Position numbers and translations under genes: made by a program
Notes under the pieces: generated by a model
Databases searched by the model: none
What the model was told of the DNA's origin: nothing
Seen by the model: the letters and a program-made list of their open reading frames with translations, nothing else
Shown here: positions 45,005-53,731 of the stretch, piece by piece
Layout: each line of letters begins with the position of its first letter
How positions within the stretch are numbered: position 1 is the first letter of the stretch
Assembly: GCA_963782665.1 (NCBI GenBank)
Contig: CAWAKP010000007.1
Span: 7,909-71,908, forward strand
Length of the DNA stretch: 64,000 bases
Direction: 5' to 3'
From: an uncultured Actinomycetota bacterium
GTDB lineage: Bacteria; Actinomycetota; Actinomycetes; S36-B12; CAIYMF01

Positions 45005-45709
45005 CTATTCGGGTGGGCCCCAGTAGAAGAGGTCGAAACGGTCGGCGCTCGCCGCCATCGCCTCCGAGTAGGCGAAGGCTCCGTTGTAGAGGGCGTCGTC
45101 GATGATGATCCCGTCCAGGCCGTGCGGCACCAGCTCGTGCATCGCGTGCAGGTCGCTCAGGTGCGCGATCCCGCCGCGGGCCATGACGGGCCGACTGATG
45201 CGCGAGCAGAACGTGGCGAGCAGGTGCTCGTCGTCGTGCTTCCAGTGGTTGGCCTCCGCGCGGTCGGAGACGACGAACCGGCTGCACCCGGCCGCCTGGA
45301 GGCGACCGGCGACGTCGAGCACGTCGGTCTGCCGGATGTCGAGCCCCACCGCGATGCGCTCGCTCCGTGAGCTCACGGCGCCGAGCGCCCAGTCGAGGTC
45401 GGACGCCTCGATCACGACCCGGCTGGCACCGGTGGCGAGAGCCGCGCGCAGGCTGGCGTCGTCGTGGATCCCGCCGGAGTACTGGAGGTGGGCACCGCTG
45501 CTCACGATGTGCGGGTGGTTGGCGTTGCCGCCCTCGGCCGCGTCCTGGTCGACCACGTGGATCCACGCGGCCCCCTGCGCGACCCACCCGGAGATGGCCT
45601 GTGACGGCGTCCCGACAGCCTCCGAGGCGCCGAACCCGTGCGGGGGGAGACGGGTCTGCGAGCCCGAGATCGTGACGACGGGGAGCAGCGCGAGCGGGTA
45701 CTTGGCCAT
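45005..45709 (-). CDS. divergent HisA/HisF(PriA)-like TIM-barrel protein
   Basis: Colinear with PriA/HisA (..WIHVVDQDAA.., ..IAVGLDIR.., ..GIIIDDALY..), but the N-terminal catalytic AVDV region reads VVTI. Confidence 0.55.
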   Translation of the reverse strand: MAKYPLALLPVVTISGSQTRLPPHGFGASEAVGTPSQAISGWVAQGAAWIHVVDQDAAEGGNANHPHIVSSGAHLQYSGGIHDDASLRAALATGASRVVIEASDLDWALGAVSSRSERIAVGLDIRQTDVLDVAGRLQAAGCSRFVVSDRAEANHWKHDDEHLLATFCSRISRPVMARGGIAHLSDLHAMHELVPHGLDGIIIDDALYNGAFAYSEAMAASADRFDLFYWGPPE

Positions 45710-45777
45710 GGCCGAACACTAACCGGCCGACGCGGCGCGCTTCACCGGTCGTGCGTCGGTGCCGAGCTCGACGACGG

Positions 45778-48006
45778 TCACGACGTCGTGGGCGGTGTCA
45801 GGATCACCAGCTGCTGCGTGGCGCGGGTCATCGCGACGTAGCGGTCGACGGCTCCCTCGACACCGGGACCGAAGGCGTCGGGATCGACGAGCACGACCAG
45901 GTCGAACTCGAGGCCCTTGGCGAGCAGCGGCGGGAGCGACCTGACTCGGACGGTGGGCTGGAACGTGGGATCGCCTATGACGCAGGCGATTCCGTCGTCG
46001 TGCTCGGCCAGCCACGCGTCGAGGACGTGATCGCGATCGGCGGTGTCGCCGTGGACGACGGGCGCGCCGTCCGTGCGGATGGAGACGGGCACGTTCGCGT
46101 CGGGGAACACGGAGCGGATGACCGGCTCCGCCTCTGTCATCACCGGCGCGGGGGTCCGGTAGTTGATGCTGAGCGTGGTGACCTCGACACGGTCGAGGCC
46201 GATCCGACGCAGCCGCTCGGGCCAGGACTCCGTGAACCCGTGCCGAGCCTGGGCTCGATCACCGACGATGGTGAGGCTTCGGGACGGGCAGCGACGGAGC
46301 AGCATCTGCCACTCGGCGTCGGTGAGCTCCTGCGCCTCGTCGACCACGATGTGCGCGAACGGGCCGGCGAGGCGGTCCGCGTCGGCGTCGGGAAGCGCCC
46401 GCTCGTCGACGAGCGCGTCCCTGATGCCCTCCTGACGCAGCTGGGCGAGCATCCCGTCCTCGTCGGACTGGAGCAGCTCGTCGACGACGCGATCCATCCG
46501 CGCGCGCTCGGCGGCGTCGGCGGACTCGCGCGCGTGCCTGAGCCGGGCGGACTCCGGATCGCCGAGACGGGCGCGCGCCGCGTCGAGCAGGGGCAGGTCG
46601 GAGACGGTCCACGCGTACGGATCGCTGCGACGGAGCTGCCGCTGCTGATCCGCGTCGAGCCACGGCGCGCAGTGCCGCAGGTAGGCCGGTACCCGCCACA
46701 GGTCGGCCACGACGTCGGCCGCCTCGAGCAGCGGCCACGCCCGGTTGAAGGCCGCGCGCAGCTCGTCGTCCTGAGCGAGCGCACTGCGGATGCCGGCGTC
46801 GTCGTCGTGCAGCTCGTCGCCGTGGTGCTTCCTGACGAGGATCGCGAGGAGGGCCTCCCAGACCTCGTCGCGCGCCTCGTTGTGCGAGCTGCCGGGCTCG
46901 GCGGAGTCGAACGCGTCGGCCCAGTCGGCGGCGTCGAGCCAGACGTCGGACCAGTCCGTCGAGACGGTCATGCCCTGCGTCGGTGACTCCTCGTAGAAGC
47001 GCACGGCCCGCTCGACGGCTTCCGCCATCCGGGGAGAGGCCTTCAGCGCCGCGACGTCCGCGTCGCGCTCGTCGGTCGCGGCGCTGCCCTCAGCGACGAG
47101 GTCGCGCACGGTGCAGATCTGCACCTCGTGCTCCCCGAGGCTGGGCAGGACGTCGGAGACGTAGGCGACGTACGGCTGGTGCGGGCCGACGAACAGGACG
47201 CCGCCCCGTCGCTGCCCGAGGTGCGGGTCGGAGTAGAGGAGGTAGGCCGTCCGGTGCAGCGCGACGACCGTCTTCCCCGTACCCGGACCGCCCTCGACGA
47301 CGAGCGCACCGCGCGAGCTCGCGCGGATGACGGCGTCCTGGTCGGCGGCGATCGTGGCCAGCACGTCGCGCATCCGGTCCGACCGGTCGCTCCCGAGGCT
47401 GGCGATGAACGCCGACTGGTCGTCGAGCGCGGCGTTGCCCTCGAGACCCTCCGGGGTGAACACCTCGTCCCAGTAGTCGTTGACCCGTCCGTCGGCCCAC
47501 CGGTACCTCCGTCGACTGGCCAGGCCCATGGGTGCTGCGTGAGTCGCGGCGAAGAACGGTTCCGCCACGGGGGAGCGCCAGTCGACGAGCAGCCGTCGCC
47601 CGTCGCGGTCCGTGAGGCCGAGGCGTCCGACGTAGATGGGCTGCGGGTCGTCCGCGAAGACCATGCGGCCGAGGCAGAGGTCGATGCCGTACCGACGCAG
47701 AGTGCCCAGGCGCGCGGTCAGACGGTGGACGTCCATGTCGCGGTCCATCGCCTCCTGCCCGATGCGACCAGGCGCCTTGAGCCCGACGTCGAGGCGGTGC
47801 GTCAGCTCGGCCGTCGTCTCGGCGAGACAGGCCGCGACGGCCGCGAAGTGCGTCTCGTCGTCGGAGATCAGCGCCGGATCCCCTTTGGCGGCACGGTGAG
47901 CGGGCAGGTCGAACGGGCTCTGTGTGGTGGCGGTGGCTCGGTCACCTGAATCAGCGGAGTCGGACCGGCTCACCGGTCGCTCGCGTGCTGGACCCACTGT
48001 CGACAC
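45778..48006 (-). CDS. helR: HelD/HelR-family RNA-polymerase-associated helicase-like ATPase
   Basis: Strong colinearity with mycobacterial HelD (LCLGRMVF..IYVGRLGL..LLVDWRSPVAEPFF, Walker A GGPGTGKT, VVDEAQEL, SINYRTP, GLEFD). Start GTG 48006 or 47973; upstream ORF part is not protein-like. Confidence 0.85.
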   Translation of the reverse strand: MSTVGPARERPVSRSDSADSGDRATATTQSPFDLPAHRAAKGDPALISDDETHFAAVAACLAETTAELTHRLDVGLKAPGRIGQEAMDRDMDVHRLTARLGTLRRYGIDLCLGRMVFADDPQPIYVGRLGLTDRDGRRLLVDWRSPVAEPFFAATHAAPMGLASRRRYRWADGRVNDYWDEVFTPEGLEGNAALDDQSAFIASLGSDRSDRMRDVLATIAADQDAVIRASSRGALVVEGGPGTGKTVVALHRTAYLLYSDPHLGQRRGGVLFVGPHQPYVAYVSDVLPSLGEHEVQICTVRDLVAEGSAATDERDADVAALKASPRMAEAVERAVRFYEESPTQGMTVSTDWSDVWLDAADWADAFDSAEPGSSHNEARDEVWEALLAILVRKHHGDELHDDDAGIRSALAQDDELRAAFNRAWPLLEAADVVADLWRVPAYLRHCAPWLDADQQRQLRRSDPYAWTVSDLPLLDAARARLGDPESARLRHARESADAAERARMDRVVDELLQSDEDGMLAQLRQEGIRDALVDERALPDADADRLAGPFAHIVVDEAQELTDAEWQMLLRRCPSRSLTIVGDRAQARHGFTESWPERLRRIGLDRVEVTTLSINYRTPAPVMTEAEPVIRSVFPDANVPVSIRTDGAPVVHGDTADRDHVLDAWLAEHDDGIACVIGDPTFQPTVRVRSLPPLLAKGLEFDLVVLVDPDAFGPGVEGAVDRYVAMTRATQQLVILTPPTTS

Positions 48007-48052
48007 CTCATCGTCGCGGAGCACCTGGGCCCGGAGAGTCTGCGGCACGGCC

Positions 48053-48073
48053 GGGGTCTTGCGGCAAGCCCCC
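48053..48073 (-). promoter_or_regulatory. rifamycin-associated-element (RAE)-like palindrome upstream of helR
   Basis: GGGGTCTTGCGGCAAGCCCCC, an inverted repeat centred on G48063 (arms CTTGC/GCAAG and GGGG/CCCC). ~45 nt upstream of the helR start candidates. Confidence 0.6.
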
Positions 48074-48344
48074 TGGCCCGCTATACGTTGAAGGTGAGAG
48101 GTTCGGCGGTTACGCGAACCTGAGTCGGGATTCGACCGCTCCGCGACGGAATCGGCACCCAGGTTCGCGGGTTGCCCCGAGGGTGCGAGAGCAGGAGCGT
48201 CGTTGACGGCGTCGCCGACCTCGCGGCGTACGCCTCGACGCGTGCGCCTGACCCCTGCCGCCCTGCATCTGGGCGCTGCCCTACGGTCGGCGTCCTGACA
48301 TCGTCCCGCGCGTGCGGGGCACCGCGGAGCGAGAGGACGACAGC

Positions 48345-48689
48345 ATGAGCACCAACGACGAGGCAGTCGAGTCGGCAATCGAGGCCGTAGCACTGGTCGA
48401 CATCGACGGCGACGGCACAGTGGACGCGGTCGTGACGGTCGATGAGGCGGGCGACAGCGTCACCTACATCGACGTCGACGGCGACGGCACGATCGATGTC
48501 GTCATCGCTGACACCCAGGACGGCGGCACGATCGTTGCCATCGACGAGGACGGCGACGGCACGCCCGACGTCCTGCTCGTCGACGTGGACGGCGATGGCA
48601 CCGTTGATGCGGTGGCGACCCTGGACGAGAACGGCGAGATCGTCGACGTCTACGAGGTTGTGGAGGAGGACGCTCCCACAGCCGAGTAG
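48345..48689 (+). CDS. small acidic protein with four DxDGDGTxD calcium-binding-like repeats
   Basis: GAGAGGA upstream of ATG 48345. VDIDGDGTVD, IDVDGDGTID, IDEDGDGTPD, VDVDGDGTVD. No signal peptide. Confidence 0.6.
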   Translation: MSTNDEAVESAIEAVALVDIDGDGTVDAVVTVDEAGDSVTYIDVDGDGTIDVVIADTQDGGTIVAIDEDGDGTPDVLLVDVDGDGTVDAVATLDENGEIVDVYEVVEEDAPTAE

Positions 48690-48698
48690 CACCGCTCC

Positions 48699-48737
48699 GA
48701 CGAAGGACCGGGGCGCGCGCCGTCCCGGTCCTTCGTC
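48699..48737 (+). terminator. intrinsic terminator-like hairpin
   Basis: 14-bp stem GACGAAGGACCGGG / CCCGGTCCTTCGTC, 10 nt after the stop. Confidence 0.65.
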
Positions 48738-48849
48738 GTCTCCGCGCTCCGGGCAGGCGGAACCGCCTCACGCGAGACCCGGAGCCGAACATCACGCATC
48801 AGGCGGAACGAAACAATGCACGGGTGGGCAAGGGTGGGCACGGGCCGGG

Positions 48850-48922
48850 TGGGCCGCCTGGGGATCGAACCCAGAACCCGCGGATTAAAAGTCCGCTGCT
48901 CTGCCGATTGAGCTAACGGCCC
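48850..48922 (-). tRNA. tRNA-Lys (anticodon TTT)
   Basis: Reverse complement GGGCCGTTAGCTCAATCGGCAGAGCAGCGGACTTTTAATCCGCGGGTTCTGGGTTCGATCCCCAGGCGGCCCA. Cloverleaf with anticodon loop CU-UUU-AA. Confidence 0.9.
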
Positions 48923-49078
48923 GGCGTATGGGAACAACTATGGGCAGAACCCTAGGCGCAACGCGAGGGACAACTCGGCCTGGGTTCCTCGTGGCCAGGC
49001 GCGTGGATTGTCTCGCGGTCGAGCGACGACACAGCACTCACCAAAGTGCCCTACTCTCCTCCTGCTGATGATCCGGCG

Positions 49079-49249
49079 GACGGCGTCCGCGCGGTGCCCC
49101 GAGCTACCGGCCGAGCGGTCGCGGCAGTCGCCGCAGACCCGCATGTCATGAGGAGAACTGGCCACGCTCTCGGCGTGGCCAACCTCGCCGGCGACTACGG
49201 CTTCACGGAGGACGACGGCTCCCGGCCGCCGTCGGTTGAACTGACGTGA
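49079..49249 (+). pseudogene. 5'-truncated remnant of an SDR oxidoreductase gene (paralogue of 52821..53651)
   Basis: Translation ..TGRAVAAVAADPHVMRRTGHALGVANLAGDYGFTEDDGSRPPSVELT aligns with the C-terminus of the intact SDR (..TGRAVVALAADPGVMGKSGGTFVVANLAHEYGFTEDDGSQPPTVDLV). No N-terminal Rossmann part present. Confidence 0.6.
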
Positions 49250-49280
49250 GTCGGCCCCCGAACCGGCAGGGACCAGCGGT

Positions 49281-49664
49281 TCATCGTGGTCTCTGGCTCC
49301 GCGACTTCGTCGAGGCACGCGCGCGGAGTGCACTGACCTCGGCCTGAGCCGCGAGCTCCTCGGAGGTGTGGTCGACGAGCAGGCTCACGATTCGGGAGAT
49401 GTGGTCGTCAGAGGCCCGGTAGAAGGCATACGTGCCCTCGCGGCGGACGGACACCATGCCGGCCAGGCGGAGCTTGCTCAAGTGCTGGCTCACGGCCGGG
49501 GCCTTCGCGCCGACGATCTCCGCGAGGGCGTTCACGTGCTGCTCGCCCTGCATCAGGGTCCAGAGGATCTTCAGCCGCGTGTCGTCGGCGAGCAGCGCGA
49601 GGGAGGCGGCCGCGGCACTCGCCGTCTCGCCCGCGAGGATAGTCGGCTGCGTGTCTGCGGACAT
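49281..49664 (-). CDS. ArsR/SmtB-family metalloregulator
   Basis: ATG 49664. Winged HTH LLADDTRLKILWTL..HVNALAEIVGAKAPAVSQHLSKLRLAGMV. Confidence 0.85.
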   Translation of the reverse strand: MSADTQPTILAGETASAAAASLALLADDTRLKILWTLMQGEQHVNALAEIVGAKAPAVSQHLSKLRLAGMVSVRREGTYAFYRASDDHISRIVSLLVDHTSEELAAQAEVSALRARASTKSRSQRPR

Positions 49665-49848
49665 ACGCAGAGAGTGTCGCGGATACGGAGTCAGGTCAAT
49701 CACCCACCTCCAGCACTCGCAAGTCGGCGGGCGTCCGAGCGCTTGACTTCCGCCATCCATGCAGGCAATGCTTGCGTATAGACGCAGATACGAAGTAATC
49801 AGTTCGCGACCATGCGGGTCGTCGTCCAGGAGCGATGGAGGAGACGTC

Positions 49849-50175
49849 ATGTGGAGCCGGTTGCGAGAGGCCGTCGTGGGCATGGCCGAACAGGCCGGCA
49901 TCGAGGTCCCGGGCCTCGAGTCCGCGTCGACGGCCGTGACTGATCTTGGAGCAACGGCGGGAGACACGGCATCGGCTGTGGTCGCCGAGGCCGGGGCGTC
50001 GGAGTCGCTCGGCTCCGCGACCGATGTGGGGAGCTCGTCAGCGCCGACCGAGTTGATCACCGGGGCGACTGACGTGGCCGCCAGCGCGGGGGAGGCTGTC
50101 GCTGGTGTCGTCGGCGAGGCAACGACGACCGCGTCCGGACTCCTCGACGCCCTCAAGGGCGGGTTGGCTCCCTGA
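49849..50175 (+). CDS. hypothetical Ala/Ser/Gly/Thr-rich small protein
   Basis: GGAGGAG upstream of ATG 49849. Divergent from arsR and directly upstream of the ATPase. Low-complexity sequence. Confidence 0.35.
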   Translation: MWSRLREAVVGMAEQAGIEVPGLESASTAVTDLGATAGDTASAVVAEAGASESLGSATDVGSSSAPTELITGATDVAASAGEAVAGVVGEATTTASGLLDALKGGLAP

Positions 50176-50230
50176 GGTCACGTCCCGCTCTTCCCCAGCG
50201 AACCAGCGACACGATGCAAGGACGACAGTC

Positions 50231-52639
50231 ATGACACGGCTGCGCGAGCACCGCGAGATCCTCGAGTTCGTCACCGGCCTGGTTCTGCTCGGGCTCGGTG
50301 TCCTCGCGTTCGTCATCGGCGATGACGTTCTGGCTGAGGGGTTCTGGATCGCTGCGACCGTTCTGGGCCTGGTGCTGTCGGGCGCGTCGATGTGGGCGGC
50401 GGTACGCCGCCGGCAGCCGAGCGTGGACGTCATCGCGCTGCTCGCCTTGGCCGGGGCGCTGGCCGTGGGCGAGCCGTTCGCCGGCGCAGTGGTCACCGTG
50501 ATGCTCACCACGGGCGTGCTCCTCGAGGCCCGGGCCGCAGCGCGGGCCCGCCGCGAGCTCAGCCTCCTCGTCGCCCGTACCCCACGGACGGCCCGGCGAC
50601 ACGAGGGCGACGCGCTCGTCGAGGTGCCGGTCGAAGAGGTCGCCCGCGGCGACCGACTGCTGGTCGGAACCGGTGAGGTGGTACCGGTCGACGGCCGACT
50701 GCTCGGCACCGCCGTACTCGACGAGTCCGCCCTCACCGGGGAGCCGCTGCCGGTCGAGCGACCGGCGGGTGACGATGTCCGCTCCGGTGTCCTCAACGCC
50801 GGCTCCCCGATCGAGCTCGTCGCCACCGCACCGTCGGCAGAGTCGACCTACGCCGGGGTCCTGCGCCTCGTGGAGCAGGCCCAGGCCTCGTCCGCGCCGT
50901 TCGTACGCGCGGCCGATCGCATCGCGATCTACTTCGTCCCGTTCACCCTCGTGCTCGCCGGCCTCGCATGGCTGCTCAGCGGTGACGCCGTCCGCGCCGT
51001 CGCCGTCCTCGTCGTCGCCACCCCGTGTCCGCTGCTCCTGGCTGCCCCTATCGCCATCATGAGCGGACTCTCACGTGCCTCGAAGATGGGCGTGATCATC
51101 AAAGGCGGCGGGGCACTCGAACGGCTCGCCAACGGGCGGGTGCTGCTCTTCGACAAGACCGGCACGCTCACCCATGGCAAGCCCGTGCTGGAGACCGTGA
51201 TCGCGCCCTCTGCCATCGGCGCAGACGAGTTGCTGGGGCTCGCCGCATCGCTCGACCAGGTCTCGCCCCACGTCCTGGCCACGTCCATCGTGACCGCCGC
51301 GCGCGCCCGTGGCCTCGACATCACCCTGCCCGACGAGGTGGTCGAGCATCACGGTTACGGGCTGGAGGGCCGAGTCGGTGGCCGGCTGGTGCGCCTGGGC
51401 AAGGCCGACTGGATCGTGCCGGGCACTGCCCCGGCCTGGGTCCGGCACGCGCGCCGACGGGCCAGCCTCGACGGCTCGATGACGGTGTTCGCCTCGGTCG
51501 ACGGGCAGCCGGCCGGTGTGCTCCTGCTCGAGGACCCCATCCGGGCCGACGCGCCCCGCATGCTCCGCGCGCTACGCGCTGCGGGGATCACCCGCACCGT
51601 GCTCGTGACCGGGGACCGGGCCGACGTGGCCGAGACGGTAGGACGCATCGTCGGCGTCGACGCCGTCCAGGCCGACCGCGACCCGGGCGACAAGGTCGCC
51701 GTCGTCGCCGACGAAGCACGCAACGGCCCGACGATCATGGTCGGTGACGGCGTCAACGATGCCCCCGCCCTCGCGACGGCCGGTGTCGGGGTCGCGCTCG
51801 CCGCGCGCGGGGCGACCGCATCGTCGGAGACGGCCGACGTCGTCCTCACCGTCGACAGGATCGGCGTCCTCGCCGACGCCATCCTGGTGGCACGGCGAGC
51901 CCGCAGGATCGCCATGCAAGCCGCCGTTGTCGGCATGGGGCTCTCCCTCGTCGCCATGATCGCCGCCGCCGTCGGCCTGCTGCCGCCGGCCGCCGGCGCG
52001 CTCGTGCAGGAAGTCATCGACGTCCTCGCCATCGGCGTCGCGCTGCGCGCCGTGCTGGCACCACGGTCCCGTGCCGTCGTGATGCCGCCGGCCGACGTCG
52101 CGCTGCTCCAGCGCCTCCACCTAGAACACTGCGCGGTCCGTCCGATCGTCGAACAGGTCCGTGTGGTCGCCGACGCACTGACCGCAGGCGGCCCTGACCT
52201 CGCAACTGCTCACGCGCTCCTCGAACGGCTGCAGACCGAGACCCTGCCGCACGAACGGGCCGAGCAGGAGCTGCTGTACCCCGCCGTCGCACGCGCCCTC
52301 GGCGGCACCGACCCCACCGGCGCTCTGAGCCGCAGCCACGCGGAGATCGAGCACCAGGTCGGCCGCTTCGCCCGGTTGCTCGACGAGCTCGACGGCCAGA
52401 CCCCCGACGCCGAGGACCTGGTCGAGCTTCGCGGTCTGCTCTACGGCCTCCACGCCATCCTCCGCCTGCACAATGCCCAGGAGGAGGAGGGCGCGTTCAG
52501 CCTCGTACACGAGCCCTCACCGACCGTCGCCGTCCTCCTGAGCTGCGGCTTCGAAGGTTCGTCGAGCTGGGGGCTGTCTCCGCTGCCGCACGGCAAGGTC
52601 GGCGGCATCGACGAGCGCGATTCGTGCATGCCGAGATGA
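50231..52639 (+). CDS. P1B-type heavy-metal ATPase with TPCP motif and C-terminal hemerythrin-like domain (P1B-5-like)
   Basis: ATG 50231. No N-terminal metal-binding domain. VATPCPLLLAAP, FDKTGTLT, VTGD, GDGVNDAPAL. C-terminal ~150 aa with HHE-type His/Glu pattern (..LHLEH..HERAEQELLYP..SHAEIEHQ..LHNAQEEE). Confidence 0.85.
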   Translation: MTRLREHREILEFVTGLVLLGLGVLAFVIGDDVLAEGFWIAATVLGLVLSGASMWAAVRRRQPSVDVIALLALAGALAVGEPFAGAVVTVMLTTGVLLEARAAARARRELSLLVARTPRTARRHEGDALVEVPVEEVARGDRLLVGTGEVVPVDGRLLGTAVLDESALTGEPLPVERPAGDDVRSGVLNAGSPIELVATAPSAESTYAGVLRLVEQAQASSAPFVRAADRIAIYFVPFTLVLAGLAWLLSGDAVRAVAVLVVATPCPLLLAAPIAIMSGLSRASKMGVIIKGGGALERLANGRVLLFDKTGTLTHGKPVLETVIAPSAIGADELLGLAASLDQVSPHVLATSIVTAARARGLDITLPDEVVEHHGYGLEGRVGGRLVRLGKADWIVPGTAPAWVRHARRRASLDGSMTVFASVDGQPAGVLLLEDPIRADAPRMLRALRAAGITRTVLVTGDRADVAETVGRIVGVDAVQADRDPGDKVAVVADEARNGPTIMVGDGVNDAPALATAGVGVALAARGATASSETADVVLTVDRIGVLADAILVARRARRIAMQAAVVGMGLSLVAMIAAAVGLLPPAAGALVQEVIDVLAIGVALRAVLAPRSRAVVMPPADVALLQRLHLEHCAVRPIVEQVRVVADALTAGGPDLATAHALLERLQTETLPHERAEQELLYPAVARALGGTDPTGALSRSHAEIEHQVGRFARLLDELDGQTPDAEDLVELRGLLYGLHAILRLHNAQEEEGAFSLVHEPSPTVAVLLSCGFEGSSSWGLSPLPHGKVGGIDERDSCMPR

Positions 52640-52820
52640 ACCACGAAGTCTCTCGAAAGCCATGCCGGGTGGCGGGTTGCTGCAAGGTCTGGGCGTTCGC
52701 GACCCGAGGGCAGACCCGGCGGTTCAGCGACCTTTCGCACGCCCCAACCGTTGCCCGAGCGGCATCCCGCGGCTGGTCAGGACACGATCGGTGGAGGCTG
52801 TCATCGAGCGGAGGGACGTC

Positions 52821-53651
52821 ATGATTCTCGACGGCAAGGTCGCCATCGTGACCGGAGCAAGTCGCGGGATAGGCAAGGGCATCGCCACCGAGCTCGGCGC
52901 GTCAGGAGCGACCGTCGTGGTCACCGGGCGATCGACCAGCCCGGGCAGCCATCGTCTCGGAGGCACCGTGCAGGAGACGGCCGACCTGGTCACCGAAGCC
53001 GGCGGCGTAGGTGTGGCTCGCTGCGTCGACCACGCCGACGATGCCCAGGTCCGCGACCTGGTGGCCGGAGTGATGGACGAGTTCGGACGCATCGACGTCC
53101 TGGTCAACAACGTGTTCAGCACCCCCGAGCCGACCACGCCCGACGAACAGATCTTCGGACCGTTCTGGCTCACCCCGATCTGGGCATGGGACGCGATGCA
53201 GGAGGTGGGCCTGCGTTCCCACTTCGTCGCCTCCTGCTACGTCGCGCCGCACATGGTGACCGCCCGTTCCGGGCTGATCGTGAACATCTCCAGCCTCGGC
53301 GCTAGGGAGTACTACGGGAGCGTCGCCTACAGCGTCGCCAAGACCGGCGTGGATCGTCTCGCCCAGACCATGGCCATCGACCTGCTCGAGCACGATGTCG
53401 CAGCCCTGGCCCTGTACCCCGGAACGGTGCGGACCGAGCGGATGATCGAGGCCGTCCGGCTCAGCAACGGGGCCTACAGCCTCGACGGGGCGGAGAGCCC
53501 TGAACTGACCGGCCGCGCCGTGGTCGCCCTCGCCGCTGACCCCGGTGTCATGGGCAAGAGCGGAGGGACCTTCGTGGTGGCCAACCTCGCTCACGAGTAC
53601 GGGTTCACCGAGGACGACGGCTCACAGCCGCCAACCGTTGACCTCGTGTGA
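52821..53651 (+). CDS. SDR-family oxidoreductase
   Basis: ATG 52821. TGASRGIGKG cofactor motif and YSVAK catalytic motif. Confidence 0.85.
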   Translation: MILDGKVAIVTGASRGIGKGIATELGASGATVVVTGRSTSPGSHRLGGTVQETADLVTEAGGVGVARCVDHADDAQVRDLVAGVMDEFGRIDVLVNNVFSTPEPTTPDEQIFGPFWLTPIWAWDAMQEVGLRSHFVASCYVAPHMVTARSGLIVNISSLGAREYYGSVAYSVAKTGVDRLAQTMAIDLLEHDVAALALYPGTVRTERMIEAVRLSNGAYSLDGAESPELTGRAVVALAADPGVMGKSGGTFVVANLAHEYGFTEDDGSQPPTVDLV

Positions 53652-53731
53652 GCATGGCTCGAACCGCGCGACCTGGTGATCGCTTGAGTCGGCTCGCTTC
53701 GTTCAGCCTGCAACCCGCGAGACCGAGTTGG

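Noticed and set aside
48111-48169. 10-bp perfect inverted repeat CGCGAACCTG..CAGGTTCGCG between helR and the acidic repeat gene
   Set aside because: It could be a hairpin or an operator, but it is a single occurrence with no flanking signal allowing interpretation. Not enough to call a feature.
48800-49250. tRNA-Lys as the attachment site of an integrated genomic island
   Set aside because: There is no integrase, no recognisable direct repeat of the tRNA 3' end, and the suspicious material lies on the 5' side of the tRNA. Only the GGGTGGGC(A/C) triplet at 48822..48855 was noticed, which is too weak.
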